Numbered from the stretch's first letter, positions 1 to 7,751 are shown. The stretch: DNA of 45,929 bases from a virus (IMGVR_UViG_2894314779_000001:1-45929), one strand, 5' to 3'. Notes: generated by a model from the sequence alone, not told the origin. Program-made: numbers and translations.

Positions 1-45
1 CTCTTAATCAGCGGGTCCAAGGTTCGAATCCTTGCACACCCACCA
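1..45 (+). tRNA. 3' portion of tRNA-Lys(CUU), truncated by the window edge (anticodon loop to CCA end)
   Basis: Reads anticodon loop CTCTTAA (anticodon CTT), stem strand TCAGC, variable loop GGGTC, T-arm CAAGG/TTCGAAT/CCTTG, acceptor strand CACACCC, discriminator A and an encoded CCA. The 5' half lies outside the window. Confidence 0.8.
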
Positions 46-47
46 AT
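1..47. repeat. attL: left copy of the 47-nt direct repeat (tRNA-Lys 3' segment)
   Basis: ctcttaatcagcgggtccaaggttcgaatccttgcacacccaccaat is identical to 45883-45929. Confidence 0.9.
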
Positions 48-90
48 AAAATCAATCACTTAGATGGGTTGATGGATAGAACGGGTCGAC

Positions 91-110
91 CGTTTTACAC
101 CCGTTTACAT
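91..110 (+). promoter_or_regulatory. Candidate arm-type integrase binding sites next to attL
   Basis: CGTTTTACACCC (91-102) and CGTTTACA (102-109) match the CGGTTTACA(CCC) copies at 45788 and 45840 beside attR. All four have the same orientation. Confidence 0.4.
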
Positions 111-116
111 GCCATT

Positions 117-467
117 TTACAAAGTGCGTTCCTGTTTCCGTCCTGCCTTCCAGGTTCGATAGGCATTCAGGGAGTGGATCGCCTGGATGTTTTCGGCATG
201 GGTCACGTGCCGCAAATTCTCCGAGGTATTGTTCAGGCCGTTGCCGTCGCAGTGGTCGATCTCCATGCCATCCTTCTGCCCCATGATGAGCTGGTGCATG
301 TAGACGGTCGCTCCGCGGATTGAGGCACGGGCGTACATCGTCCGTGAGCCATTGGGCTTATGAACTGACCACCGATGCTGCTGAAAGTGATGGGCCACGT
401 CGTCATCAACCAGAGCGTAGAGGTCGGTGGGCTTGCGGTTCTTATAAAGTTGAATTCGCGTCGTCAT
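117..467 (-). CDS. HNH homing-endonuclease-like protein (HNH_3 type), cargo gene between attL and int
   Basis: Motif MEIDHCDGNGLNNTSENLRHVTHAEN. The ATG overlaps the integrase stop codon. Confidence 0.85.
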   Translation of the reverse strand: MTTRIQLYKNRKPTDLYALVDDDVAHHFQQHRWSVHKPNGSRTMYARASIRGATVYMHQLIMGQKDGMEIDHCDGNGLNNTSENLRHVTHAENIQAIHSLNAYRTWKAGRKQERTL

Positions 468-1501
468 GCGCTGGACCGTCCCTGTGCGTTGTGCGCCTCA
501 AGTTTACGTATAGCATTTTCAGCCAGAACGACATCACGGCTCAAGTAATGCCGGTCCAAAATTGAGTGGACATCTTTGACAGTGTGGCCGGTAATCGCCG
601 CAATCTCAAATTCTGTTGCTCCGGCGATAGCAAGTCGCGTGACCGCGGTTCCTCGCAGGTCGTTGAAATGCAGATCCCCAATCCCCGCCTTGGCGCAGGC
701 CTTCCTGAATGACGCCCGGAAACCGTCTGATGTCCAGGGCGTCTTGTCCGAAGAGGTAAGCATGATCGTGCCATGCTTCTTCAAGGAGCCGATTTCCTCG
801 GCAAGGCGCACCCCCACGGGCACGGTCACGCGGGCGCCGGTCTTCCCCTGCTTGAGGCGAAGATACTTCCCATCATAGGCAGACCAGGGTAGGCGCAGCA
901 GGTCGCCCTGGCGCTGCCCCGTCCAAAGCCCAAAAATGACAACCGACATCACCTCTGGAGAGGCGACGGTGAAGAGGCGACGCAGGGTGTCTTCTGTCCA
1001 GATCAGGTCATTCCGATCTGCCTTGTAGAGCCGTCCGCCACGTTCGCAGGGGTTCACCGTGATCCGGCCGCGGTCCTTGGCGACCGAAAGCACCCGAGCC
1101 AGGACCGTCCATGCATAGTCCGCCTTCCGCGGCGTGTCCGCCATGCCGTCCCGCCAAGCCTTGAAGTCGCCGCGGATCTCCGGGGCTGTCAGAGCCTCCA
1201 AGGGGAGGTCCCCGAACTCGGCATCGATCAGGTTCAAATAGGTCTGATAAGCCCGTTTGGAGCTATCCGAGAGGCTTTTGTACTCGCTGCTGCCGCGGAA
1301 CTCCGTCACGAGCTGGTGCAGGGTGCCGTCCGCGGCAATTGTGCGGCCCTTGTGGGCCTCCTGATAACTGGCGAGGAACTCCGAACTCCCCGGCTCTCCG
1401 CGGAGCCGCGGGCCGCCTCGCCAGGCATAGTAATAGATCGTCTTTGTCCCGTCCGCGAGCCGCCGCGGTACCCGGTGTATCCCCTTAAGCATGACGCGCA
1501 T
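464..1501 (-). CDS. int: Tyrosine recombinase / phage integrase
   Basis: C-terminal catalytic region HFNDLRGTAVTRLAIAGATEFEIAAITGH...LDRHYL. I chose the start at internal Met MRVMLKGIHRV (1501), which overlaps the excisionase stop; the 464-1585 ORF extension looks non-coding. Confidence 0.9.
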   Translation of the reverse strand: MRVMLKGIHRVPRRLADGTKTIYYYAWRGGPRLRGEPGSSEFLASYQEAHKGRTIAADGTLHQLVTEFRGSSEYKSLSDSSKRAYQTYLNLIDAEFGDLPLEALTAPEIRGDFKAWRDGMADTPRKADYAWTVLARVLSVAKDRGRITVNPCERGGRLYKADRNDLIWTEDTLRRLFTVASPEVMSVVIFGLWTGQRQGDLLRLPWSAYDGKYLRLKQGKTGARVTVPVGVRLAEEIGSLKKHGTIMLTSSDKTPWTSDGFRASFRKACAKAGIGDLHFNDLRGTAVTRLAIAGATEFEIAAITGHTVKDVHSILDRHYLSRDVVLAENAIRKLEAHNAQGRSSA

Positions 1502-1733
1502 TCCGGTTGGCCCTCCACCGCTCGTAGGCGCTTTGCCCCGCCTCAGAGTCGGATAGGCCGGATAATCTGTCCAGCGCCCGGTCAATGGCCCTCACGTCCC
1601 AGCGGCGCGTGCCGGGGAGGGGGCGGGGGAGCCTGCCCTGGGCCACCCACCGGGAGAAGCCGGACGGGCTGAGGTGGCAGTGCGCCGCCGCTTCCTCACG
1701 GGTCAGCAATCGTGAATGCTCTGCCTGTCCCAT
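1485..1733 (-). CDS. xis: AlpA/excisionase-type helix-turn-helix protein
   Basis: LLTREEAAAHCHLSPSGFSRWVAQGRLPRPLPGTRRWDVRAIDRALD matches the AlpA/Xis HTH pattern. It lies directly upstream of int and overlaps it. Confidence 0.75.
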   Translation of the reverse strand: MGQAEHSRLLTREEAAAHCHLSPSGFSRWVAQGRLPRPLPGTRRWDVRAIDRALDRLSGLSDSEAGQSAYERWRANRNARHA

Positions 1734-1736
1734 GCT

Positions 1737-2579
1737 TCACTCTCCCTGGGGGAGGTTGGGGGTGACATCCGTCGCTTCGCTCCTCTTCGCCGTGTTTGCG
1801 GACGGAGGCTCAAACGCGATCCGTGGCATTTGCCGCACTTGCAGGCTAGGCGGCCATTCACCCGCGTTGCCCCCCTTGGCATCCACGAGCTTGAGCCCCA
1901 CAGGCTTGGCGCCCATCTGCTTGACGAAGACGGGCACTCCGGTGCGCCTGCCCTGGTCGATGAGGCTCTTTGCCCAGACGGGATCGTAGGGCCGCGCCCC
2001 GTGACCGCTCTCGCCTCCGGTGATGATCCAATCGAGGCTATTCAGCCAAGGACTGAGGTCGATAGGACCGATCTGAGGCTCGATGGAAAGGCCGATCCAG
2101 CGGGTAGCAGGCTTGAGCCGCACCAGCTTGGGGATGTCCCGGTCAGCCTCTTCCTGATGAACGACCGTGGCGATGATCCCGCAATGCCGGAAGTTCTCAG
2201 CCCAATCGGCCGGGATCATCTTGGCCACGTTGCCGACGCGCTTCGTCACGAACTGCCAGTTCAGGTTCTGGCATTCCCTCACGAGATCCCAAAGCCTATC
2301 ACGCCATTCGTCCGGCACTTCGTTGTCGAAGACATCGGCCATGGAGGCGCAGAACACCCATGGGCGCTCGCCGGTCTTGGCGGCCTCACGGTTCCACTGA
2401 CGCGGTTTGCTCCAGTCTTTCACGAGCCGGCGTGGTTGGCCTGTGCCCCAGTGAGAGCCGCCAACACGCTTGTCGAAGGTTTCGGCATAGCAGTGATCGC
2501 AGCCGGGCCCGACCTTGGTACAGCCCCACCACGGATTGAAGGTGTGCTTGGTCCACTGGATGGCGGTGTTCTCAGCCAT
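1737..2579 (-). CDS. Phage Gp37/Gp68 family protein (DUF5131-like)
   Basis: N-terminus MAENTAIQWTKHTFNPWWGCTKVGPGCDHCYAE is the hallmark start of this family. I chose the start at 2579; the longer 1737-2900 ORF is an upstream extension. Confidence 0.8.
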   Translation of the reverse strand: MAENTAIQWTKHTFNPWWGCTKVGPGCDHCYAETFDKRVGGSHWGTGQPRRLVKDWSKPRQWNREAAKTGERPWVFCASMADVFDNEVPDEWRDRLWDLVRECQNLNWQFVTKRVGNVAKMIPADWAENFRHCGIIATVVHQEEADRDIPKLVRLKPATRWIGLSIEPQIGPIDLSPWLNSLDWIITGGESGHGARPYDPVWAKSLIDQGRRTGVPVFVKQMGAKPVGLKLVDAKGGNAGEWPPSLQVRQMPRIAFEPPSANTAKRSEATDVTPNLPQGE

Positions 2580-3090
2580 TGGCGCCTCCCTCAGGCGGCG
2601 CGACCTGGCGGCTTGCCTCAACGCTGCTTGAGCTTTCCCGATGAGGGCCTTGGCCCGAAGGAGGGCACAAACTACCCTCTCCGCTGACCGGGGGAGGGGC
2701 GGGAAGAGGCATCCAGTGGGTGGGGTGCCAGGGAACACTATCGTGCGCCCGAAGCCATTGTTGCGTCCGACCCGACGGGGCGAAGAACCAAGTCTTGTAA
2801 ACCCGCCCGCACCCGTCGATGCCGATGATTTCGGCCCTTCCATCCTTCGGAGCCGTGCTGATGTCCTGCCAGCCCTCCCGCCCCTGTCCTTCAGCGGCAA
2901 GGGCGGCGAGGATGGCGTCCGCTTTTTCCTGAGAAGCCCGAACGGACTTGCCGTAGCCGAAATCGGCTATCTCTCGGGCCTTGGTTTCATCATCGCCATC
3001 CCGCAGGCAAAGGTCGTAGAGCCTCTGCCACGAGCTGTGCGCGTCGAGATCGATAATCCGAGCGATCTTCTCTCTCAGCTTCGTGCTCAT
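2572..3090 (-). CDS. DUF551-like phage protein
   Basis: GWQDISTAPKDG...WHPTHWMPLPAPP resembles the DUF551 signature. It is coupled to its neighbours on both sides. Confidence 0.65.
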   Translation of the reverse strand: MSTKLREKIARIIDLDAHSSWQRLYDLCLRDGDDETKAREIADFGYGKSVRASQEKADAILAALAAEGQGREGWQDISTAPKDGRAEIIGIDGCGRVYKTWFFAPSGRTQQWLRAHDSVPWHPTHWMPLPAPPPVSGEGSLCPPSGQGPHRESSSSVEASRQVAPPEGGANG

Positions 3091-3500
3091 GGCTGCTGCT
3101 CCTGGGCGATGAGGGCGTTGACGAGGGCGAGGAGGAGGGCAAGGGGAAGGTGCCTATGTTGCCCCCGATGGACCGCATTCACGTCCAAGCTGACGTACCA
3201 GATACCGTCGAAAGTCTGCCCCATCGTGATGAGTGCACTCGGCAACAGCGTCTCCACGAGGGAGAGAGCGGCGTCGAGGGAGGCGGTTAGGTCATATCCC
3301 TCGAAACGGTCTGCGTATGGCAAGAACGTCTTGCCGTGTTCGACATGCCAGCCGCTTTCAACATGACGGACGCCATTGAAGACCCGCTTGCTGTCCTCTG
3401 GCAGAAGTAGTTGCCAGACGATCTCCATATCGAGTTGCCGATCCGGCCCCTTGGCCTCTTCCAGCCTTGTCTTGAGGGCGAGGAGAACATCACTGGTCAT
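3087..3500 (-). CDS. Hypothetical early protein (138 aa)
   Basis: Internal Met MTSDVLLALKTRLEEAK at 3500 overlaps the upstream gene end. Codon third positions are G/C-rich like the neighbours. Confidence 0.65.
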   Translation of the reverse strand: MTSDVLLALKTRLEEAKGPDRQLDMEIVWQLLLPEDSKRVFNGVRHVESGWHVEHGKTFLPYADRFEGYDLTASLDAALSLVETLLPSALITMGQTFDGIWYVSLDVNAVHRGQHRHLPLALLLALVNALIAQEQQP

Positions 3501-3843
3501 GGGAGGGCCCCTTCTCCTGCTTGAGGGCGGTGCGGGAGGCTTCGGCGGCAGTAAACAGCGGAAGTATCGGTTCGCCGTCTGGCCCGATGCGGACCCAGTT
3601 CCCATTCTCGAATGAGAGTGCCCCACCAGGGAGGTTGAGCCACTGATGCGACCAGCCCATTGCCCATCGTGAGAGCCGAACAGTGGCAGGCAGGCCGTCA
3701 ACCATCACAAGATCAGCTCGGATGGTCGCCTTCCGCCCTGTTCCCTCGGCAACAGCCGAAACGATAGCGCTGAACGACAGAGGAACGCCTGGAGGCAGGG
3801 CGGCTTGCAGGGTTTGCCGCACAAGATCAGTCAGCCTACTCAT
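3490..3843 (-). CDS. Hypothetical early protein (117 aa)
   Basis: Track ORF, coupled to flanking genes by short overlaps. Confidence 0.65.
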   Translation of the reverse strand: MSRLTDLVRQTLQAALPPGVPLSFSAIVSAVAEGTGRKATIRADLVMVDGLPATVRLSRWAMGWSHQWLNLPGGALSFENGNWVRIGPDGEPILPLFTAAEASRTALKQEKGPSHDQ

Positions 3844-4657
3844 GGCCTGCTCCTGTGAGGGCGGCGCGACGGAAATCGCCGAGGGTCAGAGCGCAGTGAG
3901 TTGTGCGACCGAATTGGACGATAACCTTGGTATCGTCAGGAAAATCCTCGTCGCCCTCGCCGCTCACATCAGCGAACGGCTCCAGCGCCTTTTGCATGGC
4001 CTCCAGGCGGGCTTCGGCGGCGAGAGCACGGCGCTCCCAATGATCCATGTATGACGCGACGTTCGGGTTGACCGCGCTAATCTCGCAAACACCGTCGGTA
4101 TGATAACGACGCCTCCACTCCTCCCTCTCCCGCTTGAGCGTCTCGTTCTCTGAGCGGAGGGTGGCGTTCTCACGGACATATGCTTTCAGATCCTCAATGG
4201 CCTCGGCCAGTGTCTTGCCTGAAGCTTCCGTGAAATAGCCCCATGAGCCGAATACAGAGTTGTTGGCGAGAGCCACGATGTCTCGCGCTTCATCCCGCGC
4301 AGCCTCCAGCTCCTTCACCCTCTCGGCGAAGGCCGCTCTCTCAGCAAGTAGAGTTGGAGCAGCGGCTATCAGGCGGGCGTTGGCCACAGCTTGGGCTTTG
4401 CTGACGCATTCGTTGCTGTTCTGGTGCTCAATCTTGCAAATGTAGATGCCGCGATAATCACCGTAGCCACTCGCGTTAGGGGTTACTGTGTCGCTCCACG
4501 GCGCATAGACGCAGAGGGTGTACCCGTCCCAGTCCTCGAACTTCCAAGGCCCTGGCGTGTGTCCCACCAGCTCCGCATGCTCTCCTTGTGAGACATTAGG
4601 GTTCACATCCTTCGGGCTTTCAGCCCTCATCTTCGCCGTGTTTTCCGTGGTGCTCAT
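3836..4657 (-). CDS. Hypothetical early protein with GPW N-domain and central coiled coil (Ea22/Ead-like architecture)
   Basis: GHTPGPWKF...ANARLIAAAPTLL, followed by heptad-rich ERVKELEAARDE...LRSENETLKREREEWRRR. GAAGGAAG lies upstream of the ATG. Confidence 0.75.
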   Translation of the reverse strand: MSTTENTAKMRAESPKDVNPNVSQGEHAELVGHTPGPWKFEDWDGYTLCVYAPWSDTVTPNASGYGDYRGIYICKIEHQNSNECVSKAQAVANARLIAAAPTLLAERAAFAERVKELEAARDEARDIVALANNSVFGSWGYFTEASGKTLAEAIEDLKAYVRENATLRSENETLKREREEWRRRYHTDGVCEISAVNPNVASYMDHWERRALAAEARLEAMQKALEPFADVSGEGDEDFPDDTKVIVQFGRTTHCALTLGDFRRAALTGAGHE

Positions 4658-4841
4658 GAAAGGGCTTCCTTCGGCGGGTAATAAAATTTGGCGGAAGCAT
4701 GGCAGGACGTTTGCGTGTAGTGCATGCCAGCTTGGCTATTGGAAGGGTAACGAACCCGTTTTGGCGCACCCATCTCGGGGCGGACGCGACGTATCCTCCC
4801 GCTCGCGTCGTTCCCTCTGGAAGGACCTTGGTCCCACCTTT

Positions 4842-4871
4842 GGGCCGCTGATCGCAGCGGCCCTTTTCTTT
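4842..4871 (+). terminator. Strong intrinsic terminator oriented on the plus strand, inside a minus-strand operon
   Basis: Perfect 9-bp stem GGGCCGCTG/CAGCGGCCC (4842-4850 and 4855-4863), 4-nt loop, then TTTTCTTT (4864-4871). Read on the minus strand, the hairpin is followed by AAAGG and has no U-tract. Confidence 0.6.
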
Positions 4872-4877
4872 GGCCGG

Positions 4878-5135
4878 TCATGCGCAAGCTTCCTCAGAAA
4901 GTGAACCGCCGTGCTCGGCCGCAGGAACGCGAGACAGGTCAGCCAGATCGGCCGGCACAGCGGAAGGGGTGAAGGGCTTGCAGGCAGGGCCATGCGCAAA
5001 CCAGGCGCTCAGGACTCGGGCGTTGTGAGCATCGACCCTCGCCATGGTCTCCTCGCCATGGATGGCCTGCAGGAAGGCGGTGTGCTCAGCGTCCGGGAAG
5101 GCGGAGATATGCCAGATGCGGATGGGTTGGTTCAT
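4878..5135 (-). CDS. Hypothetical early protein (85 aa)
   Basis: Internal Met MNQPIRIWHISAF at 5135 forms an ATGA overlap with the HNH gene stop. Confidence 0.6.
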   Translation of the reverse strand: MNQPIRIWHISAFPDAEHTAFLQAIHGEETMARVDAHNARVLSAWFAHGPACKPFTPSAVPADLADLSRVPAAEHGGSLSEEACA

Positions 5136-5539
5136 CGAGTGCCCCTGATGACTTGGCCTGTGCGGCGGTCCACGATTGTCCCGTCGAACCTCCGTTTGAA
5201 GTTGCTGTTGCGCCCGAAGGGCAAGGGCTTCCGGTGAGGATCCTTGATCCCGAGATGGACGCATTTTTCCCGTTTCGCCTCAGCAGCCCTGGCGTGATCC
5301 TCGGCATCCTTGTCGCGCTTGCATTCCCAATGCGCCGGCCCGAGATTGTCTTCCGTATCCGTGCCACCGAGCTCTAGCGCTCTGATGTGCTCGCAGAACC
5401 ACTTGTCGCGGGCGCCATCGATCGGCCGGCCACAGTTGACGCAGACGCCCTTATGGCGCTCCCAGATGGCGAGAACCTTGGTCTTGGACAGACCGCCGCG
5501 GATCGTGGTGCCGACATCCTCTGGAATGAAGTAGCCCAT
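5132..5539 (-). CDS. HNH endonuclease
   Basis: CVNCGRPI...FCEHIRALELGGTDTEDNLGPAHWECKRDK contains the Cys pair plus an H-N-H core. Confidence 0.85.
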   Translation of the reverse strand: MGYFIPEDVGTTIRGGLSKTKVLAIWERHKGVCVNCGRPIDGARDKWFCEHIRALELGGTDTEDNLGPAHWECKRDKDAEDHARAAEAKREKCVHLGIKDPHRKPLPFGRNSNFKRRFDGTIVDRRTGQVIRGTR

Positions 5540-6054
5540 CAGGCCGCCCTTCCAGTATTCCGGTTCAGCGTCTCCGGCTGAACACCGATCATGGCAGAGA
5601 TGATCTCAAGGATGGCCTGCTTGGACTCCTGAAACTCCCTGGCTCCCATTGCACGGCGGGACTGGCTCTTGGGCTTCCGCACAACCACGATCGGGCCGCG
5701 CACGACAACCACCGAGTATTCGTCCATGGAGGCGAGGAAGTTGGCGACCCGCAGGGCGGCGGCATGGCTCCCGGCATCGACCTCCTGCTGGTTGAAGTAG
5801 CCGGCGTCGATCAGGGCCCGCTTGCGCAAGTGCTCCGGCGTCCGGAACTGTTCCGTCAGGTGCTCGGGCAGTTGAGCCCAGGCTTCAGCCACGAAGGCGA
5901 ACTCGTGGTTATGGCTGGAGAGAGAGCGATCCTCATGGATGGCGAGGCGGTAGTTTTCGCCGACCACGAAGGAGCGGTCGCACTCGGCCCGGAAGCGCGG
6001 GTGCGGAACCATCGCTTCCCCGTTCCACTGGTATAGGATCGGTGCCGTGGTCAT
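5539..6054 (-). CDS. NinB/Orf-like (DUF1367-type) protein, possible recombination mediator
   Basis: EDRSLSSHNHEFAFVAEAW and KSQSRRAMGAREFQESKQAILE resemble the lambda NinB pattern (RS..qN..w and S.s.M...eF.e). Start at Met MTTAPILYQW, one nt after the upstream stop. Confidence 0.45.
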   Translation of the reverse strand: MTTAPILYQWNGEAMVPHPRFRAECDRSFVVGENYRLAIHEDRSLSSHNHEFAFVAEAWAQLPEHLTEQFRTPEHLRKRALIDAGYFNQQEVDAGSHAAALRVANFLASMDEYSVVVVRGPIVVVRKPKSQSRRAMGAREFQESKQAILEIISAMIGVQPETLNRNTGRAA

Positions 6055-6055
6055 G

Positions 6056-6715
6056 TCACTGCGCCTTCTTGGTAGGCCAGCCGAGAGAGACCAGCTTCGC
6101 CTTAGCGTGGTCTCGAACCCCGTCGCGGATGCCCTCAGCGAGGCAGGCAAGATCCTTCTGCGTGTCGGCATGAAGCATCAGGTCCGTGACCGCGTTGATG
6201 GTCTTGCACTTGTCGATCTTCTGCTTGAGGGCGGCTTCGATCCCTGCAGGGCTGTCGGGGTCCATCGGCCGATCATTGGCCGGCTGACGCTGTTCCTGCC
6301 CTTGCTCGACGTTGCCGGGGCGCTCTTGCTTGAACTCGTCGGCCTCTTCCTCGGAATAGACATAGCCGTGCAGCTCGATGAGCTTGAGGATCACGCGATC
6401 CTTCGCGCGCTTCTCGGCCATGGCGTAGACGTAGGCTGCCTGCTTGCCTGAGACGCGGTAGTTGACGCCGATCAGCGCCTCGCCGATCGACCACTCGGCA
6501 CGATCCCCCATGCGGCCGGTGACGCGGATTACGGCCTCGTCCCGCCCGGCGCGGATAATGGTCGGCTCGTCGAAGGTGATCTTGGCTTGGGCTGCGATCC
6601 GCTCCAGCGCCTTGTGATAGATCACCGCCGTTCCTTGAACCCGCCAGACGTTTCCAGCCATGGGTTCGCCGAACTTGGCCAGCACCTCGGAGATTTTCTT
6701 GTCGGTGGTGTTCAT
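6056..6715 (-). CDS. Phage protein, possible single-strand annealing/recombination protein (function uncertain)
   Basis: Sits between the Gp157 and NinB-like genes. Has a conserved-looking AYVYAMAEKRAKDRVILKLIELHG block and an acidic stretch SEEEADEF. No firm family assignment by eye. Confidence 0.35.
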   Translation of the reverse strand: MNTTDKKISEVLAKFGEPMAGNVWRVQGTAVIYHKALERIAAQAKITFDEPTIIRAGRDEAVIRVTGRMGDRAEWSIGEALIGVNYRVSGKQAAYVYAMAEKRAKDRVILKLIELHGYVYSEEEADEFKQERPGNVEQGQEQRQPANDRPMDPDSPAGIEAALKQKIDKCKTINAVTDLMLHADTQKDLACLAEGIRDGVRDHAKAKLVSLGWPTKKAQ

Positions 6716-7221
6716 TAGCGGGGGCTCACTCTGAGTGTCTGGGACGGAGCGGATAGGGACGCGCCAGGGACAACCTCGCCCTGCTCAAGAGCTGCCTTGA
6801 TGGCCGCCTTGTCCGGGGTCCGGACGATCTTGCAGAGCTGAGACGGAATGGCCTCCTCGTCCTCAATCACCACGCTGGGACGGGTGCTTGTGAGGGAGGC
6901 GGTCAGATCCGGAGCCTCGATCTTCGGCAACCCAAGGGTCTGCATCGCCTGCTTGACGATGGCGCGGAGGGTCTCGGCTTTGCTCTCGAAACGCTGGCGG
7001 CGCTCCTTCAATTCCGCCTCGATGTCCTTGGCGGCCTTGGCCTGCCCCTCGGCCCAGCGGGCGGCGCGGAGCATTCGGCGCAGCCGTTCCAGAGCATCGC
7101 ATTCGCTCTCGACAAGCTGTTCGAAATCGGGGTCATCCGGCGTGATCCCGGCATCCTTCAGCGCCTGGACGACAAAGGCGGCGGTGGCGATCTCTTGAGA
7201 AAACGTGGCTTGGGCGTTCAC
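6715..7221 (-). CDS. Siphovirus Gp157-family protein
   Basis: C-terminal pattern VVIEDEEAIPSQLCKIVRTPDKAAIKAALEQGEVVPGASL is typical of Gp157. I propose a GTG start at 7221, preceded by GGAG and lying just after the upstream stop at 7226. Confidence 0.65.
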   Translation of the reverse strand: MNAQATFSQEIATAAFVVQALKDAGITPDDPDFEQLVESECDALERLRRMLRAARWAEGQAKAAKDIEAELKERRQRFESKAETLRAIVKQAMQTLGLPKIEAPDLTASLTSTRPSVVIEDEEAIPSQLCKIVRTPDKAAIKAALEQGEVVPGASLSAPSQTLRVSPR

Positions 7222-7225
7222 GGCT

Positions 7226-7483
7226 TCACTCCGCGGCAATGAGGGCAGGGTTGTTCTGATCGGCGCGGAGCTGCTGCACCTTGGCATGCAGGAGGCGGCA
7301 ATCCCGGGCGGCAAGCTCCAGGCACGCGGCGGCATGGAGCAGGTCGAAATCGGCTTGGCCGGCTCCTCGTGCCGTGTCCTTGGCGTAGACGAGTGCAAGG
7401 TGAACGGCCCTGGACAGCTTGTCGGCATCCATCTTGATCCGGCTGGCGGCGACGCCGAAGGCGATGTGATCGAAGTTCGGCAT
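7226..7483 (-). CDS. Hypothetical early protein (85 aa)
   Basis: Internal Met MPNFDHIAFGVAAS at 7483, with an ATGA overlap to the upstream small ORF. Confidence 0.55.
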   Translation of the reverse strand: MPNFDHIAFGVAASRIKMDADKLSRAVHLALVYAKDTARGAGQADFDLLHAAACLELAARDCRLLHAKVQQLRADQNNPALIAAE

Positions 7484-7626
7484 CAGTGCTTGTCCTTCGG
7501 GAGCTTCACGATGGGCTTGCCCCATCCGCAGTGCTTGGAGAGTTCCGCGATCACGTCGATGCGGCGCTTCTCGGTGTAGCGGGTGATGGGGCCGCGATAG
7601 CGGGGAGTGACCGGAACGCGCTTCAT
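7483..7626 (-). CDS. Small basic protein (47 aa), not in the ORF track
   Basis: Hand translation gives MKRVPVTPRYRGPITRYTEKRRIDVIAELSKHCGWGKPIVKLPKDKH. ATGA overlaps at both ends fit the coupled operon. Confidence 0.4.
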   Translation of the reverse strand: MKRVPVTPRYRGPITRYTEKRRIDVIAELSKHCGWGKPIVKLPKDKH

Positions 7627-7751
7627 AGCGCCTCCACGATCTTGAAGAGGGAGAAGCACCAGAGGCCGAAGACGACGGCTCCGATGAGCATCCAGAGAGC
7701 GTTCTCAACCTTCTCCGAAAAGGCCTTGCAGCGGGGAGAGTTGAAGGACAT
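7623..7751 (-). CDS. Small single-pass membrane protein (42 aa), not in the ORF track
   Basis: Hand translation gives MSFNSPRCKAFSEKVENALWMLIGAVVFGLWCFSLFKIVEAL. ATGA overlaps at both ends. Confidence 0.4.
   Translation of the reverse strand: MSFNSPRCKAFSEKVENALWMLIGAVVFGLWCFSLFKIVEAL

Noticed and set aside
80-98. Short hairpin AACGG-GTCGA-CCGTT followed by TTTA downstream of the tRNA end, considered as a tRNA terminator
   Set aside because: The stem is only 5 bp and the T-run is weak. It also overlaps the putative arm-type site, so support is insufficient to call it.
464-1585. Full-length 373-aa integrase ORF starting at 1585
   Set aside because: The first 28 codons overlap the excisionase gene and look non-coding (Gly/Pro/Thr-rich). 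The internal Met at 1501 gives the family-typical N-terminus MRVMLKGIHRV.
1716-2900. 323-aa plus-strand ORF (1716-2687) and the N-terminal extension of the 1737-2900 ORF
   Set aside because: The ORF is antisense to the recognisable Gp37/Gp68 gene. The family-typical N-terminus MAENTAIQWTK defines the true start at 2579, and the extension overlaps the DUF551-like gene.
4518-4904. 128-aa plus-strand ORF, and a 50-aa ORF near 4700-4852, in the gap with the orphan terminator
   Set aside because: The 128-aa ORF overlaps the end of a supported minus-strand gene and reads through the terminator hairpin. The 50-aa ORF ends inside the stem and has a poorly spaced RBS. Both are kept only as a note under the sRNA hypothesis.
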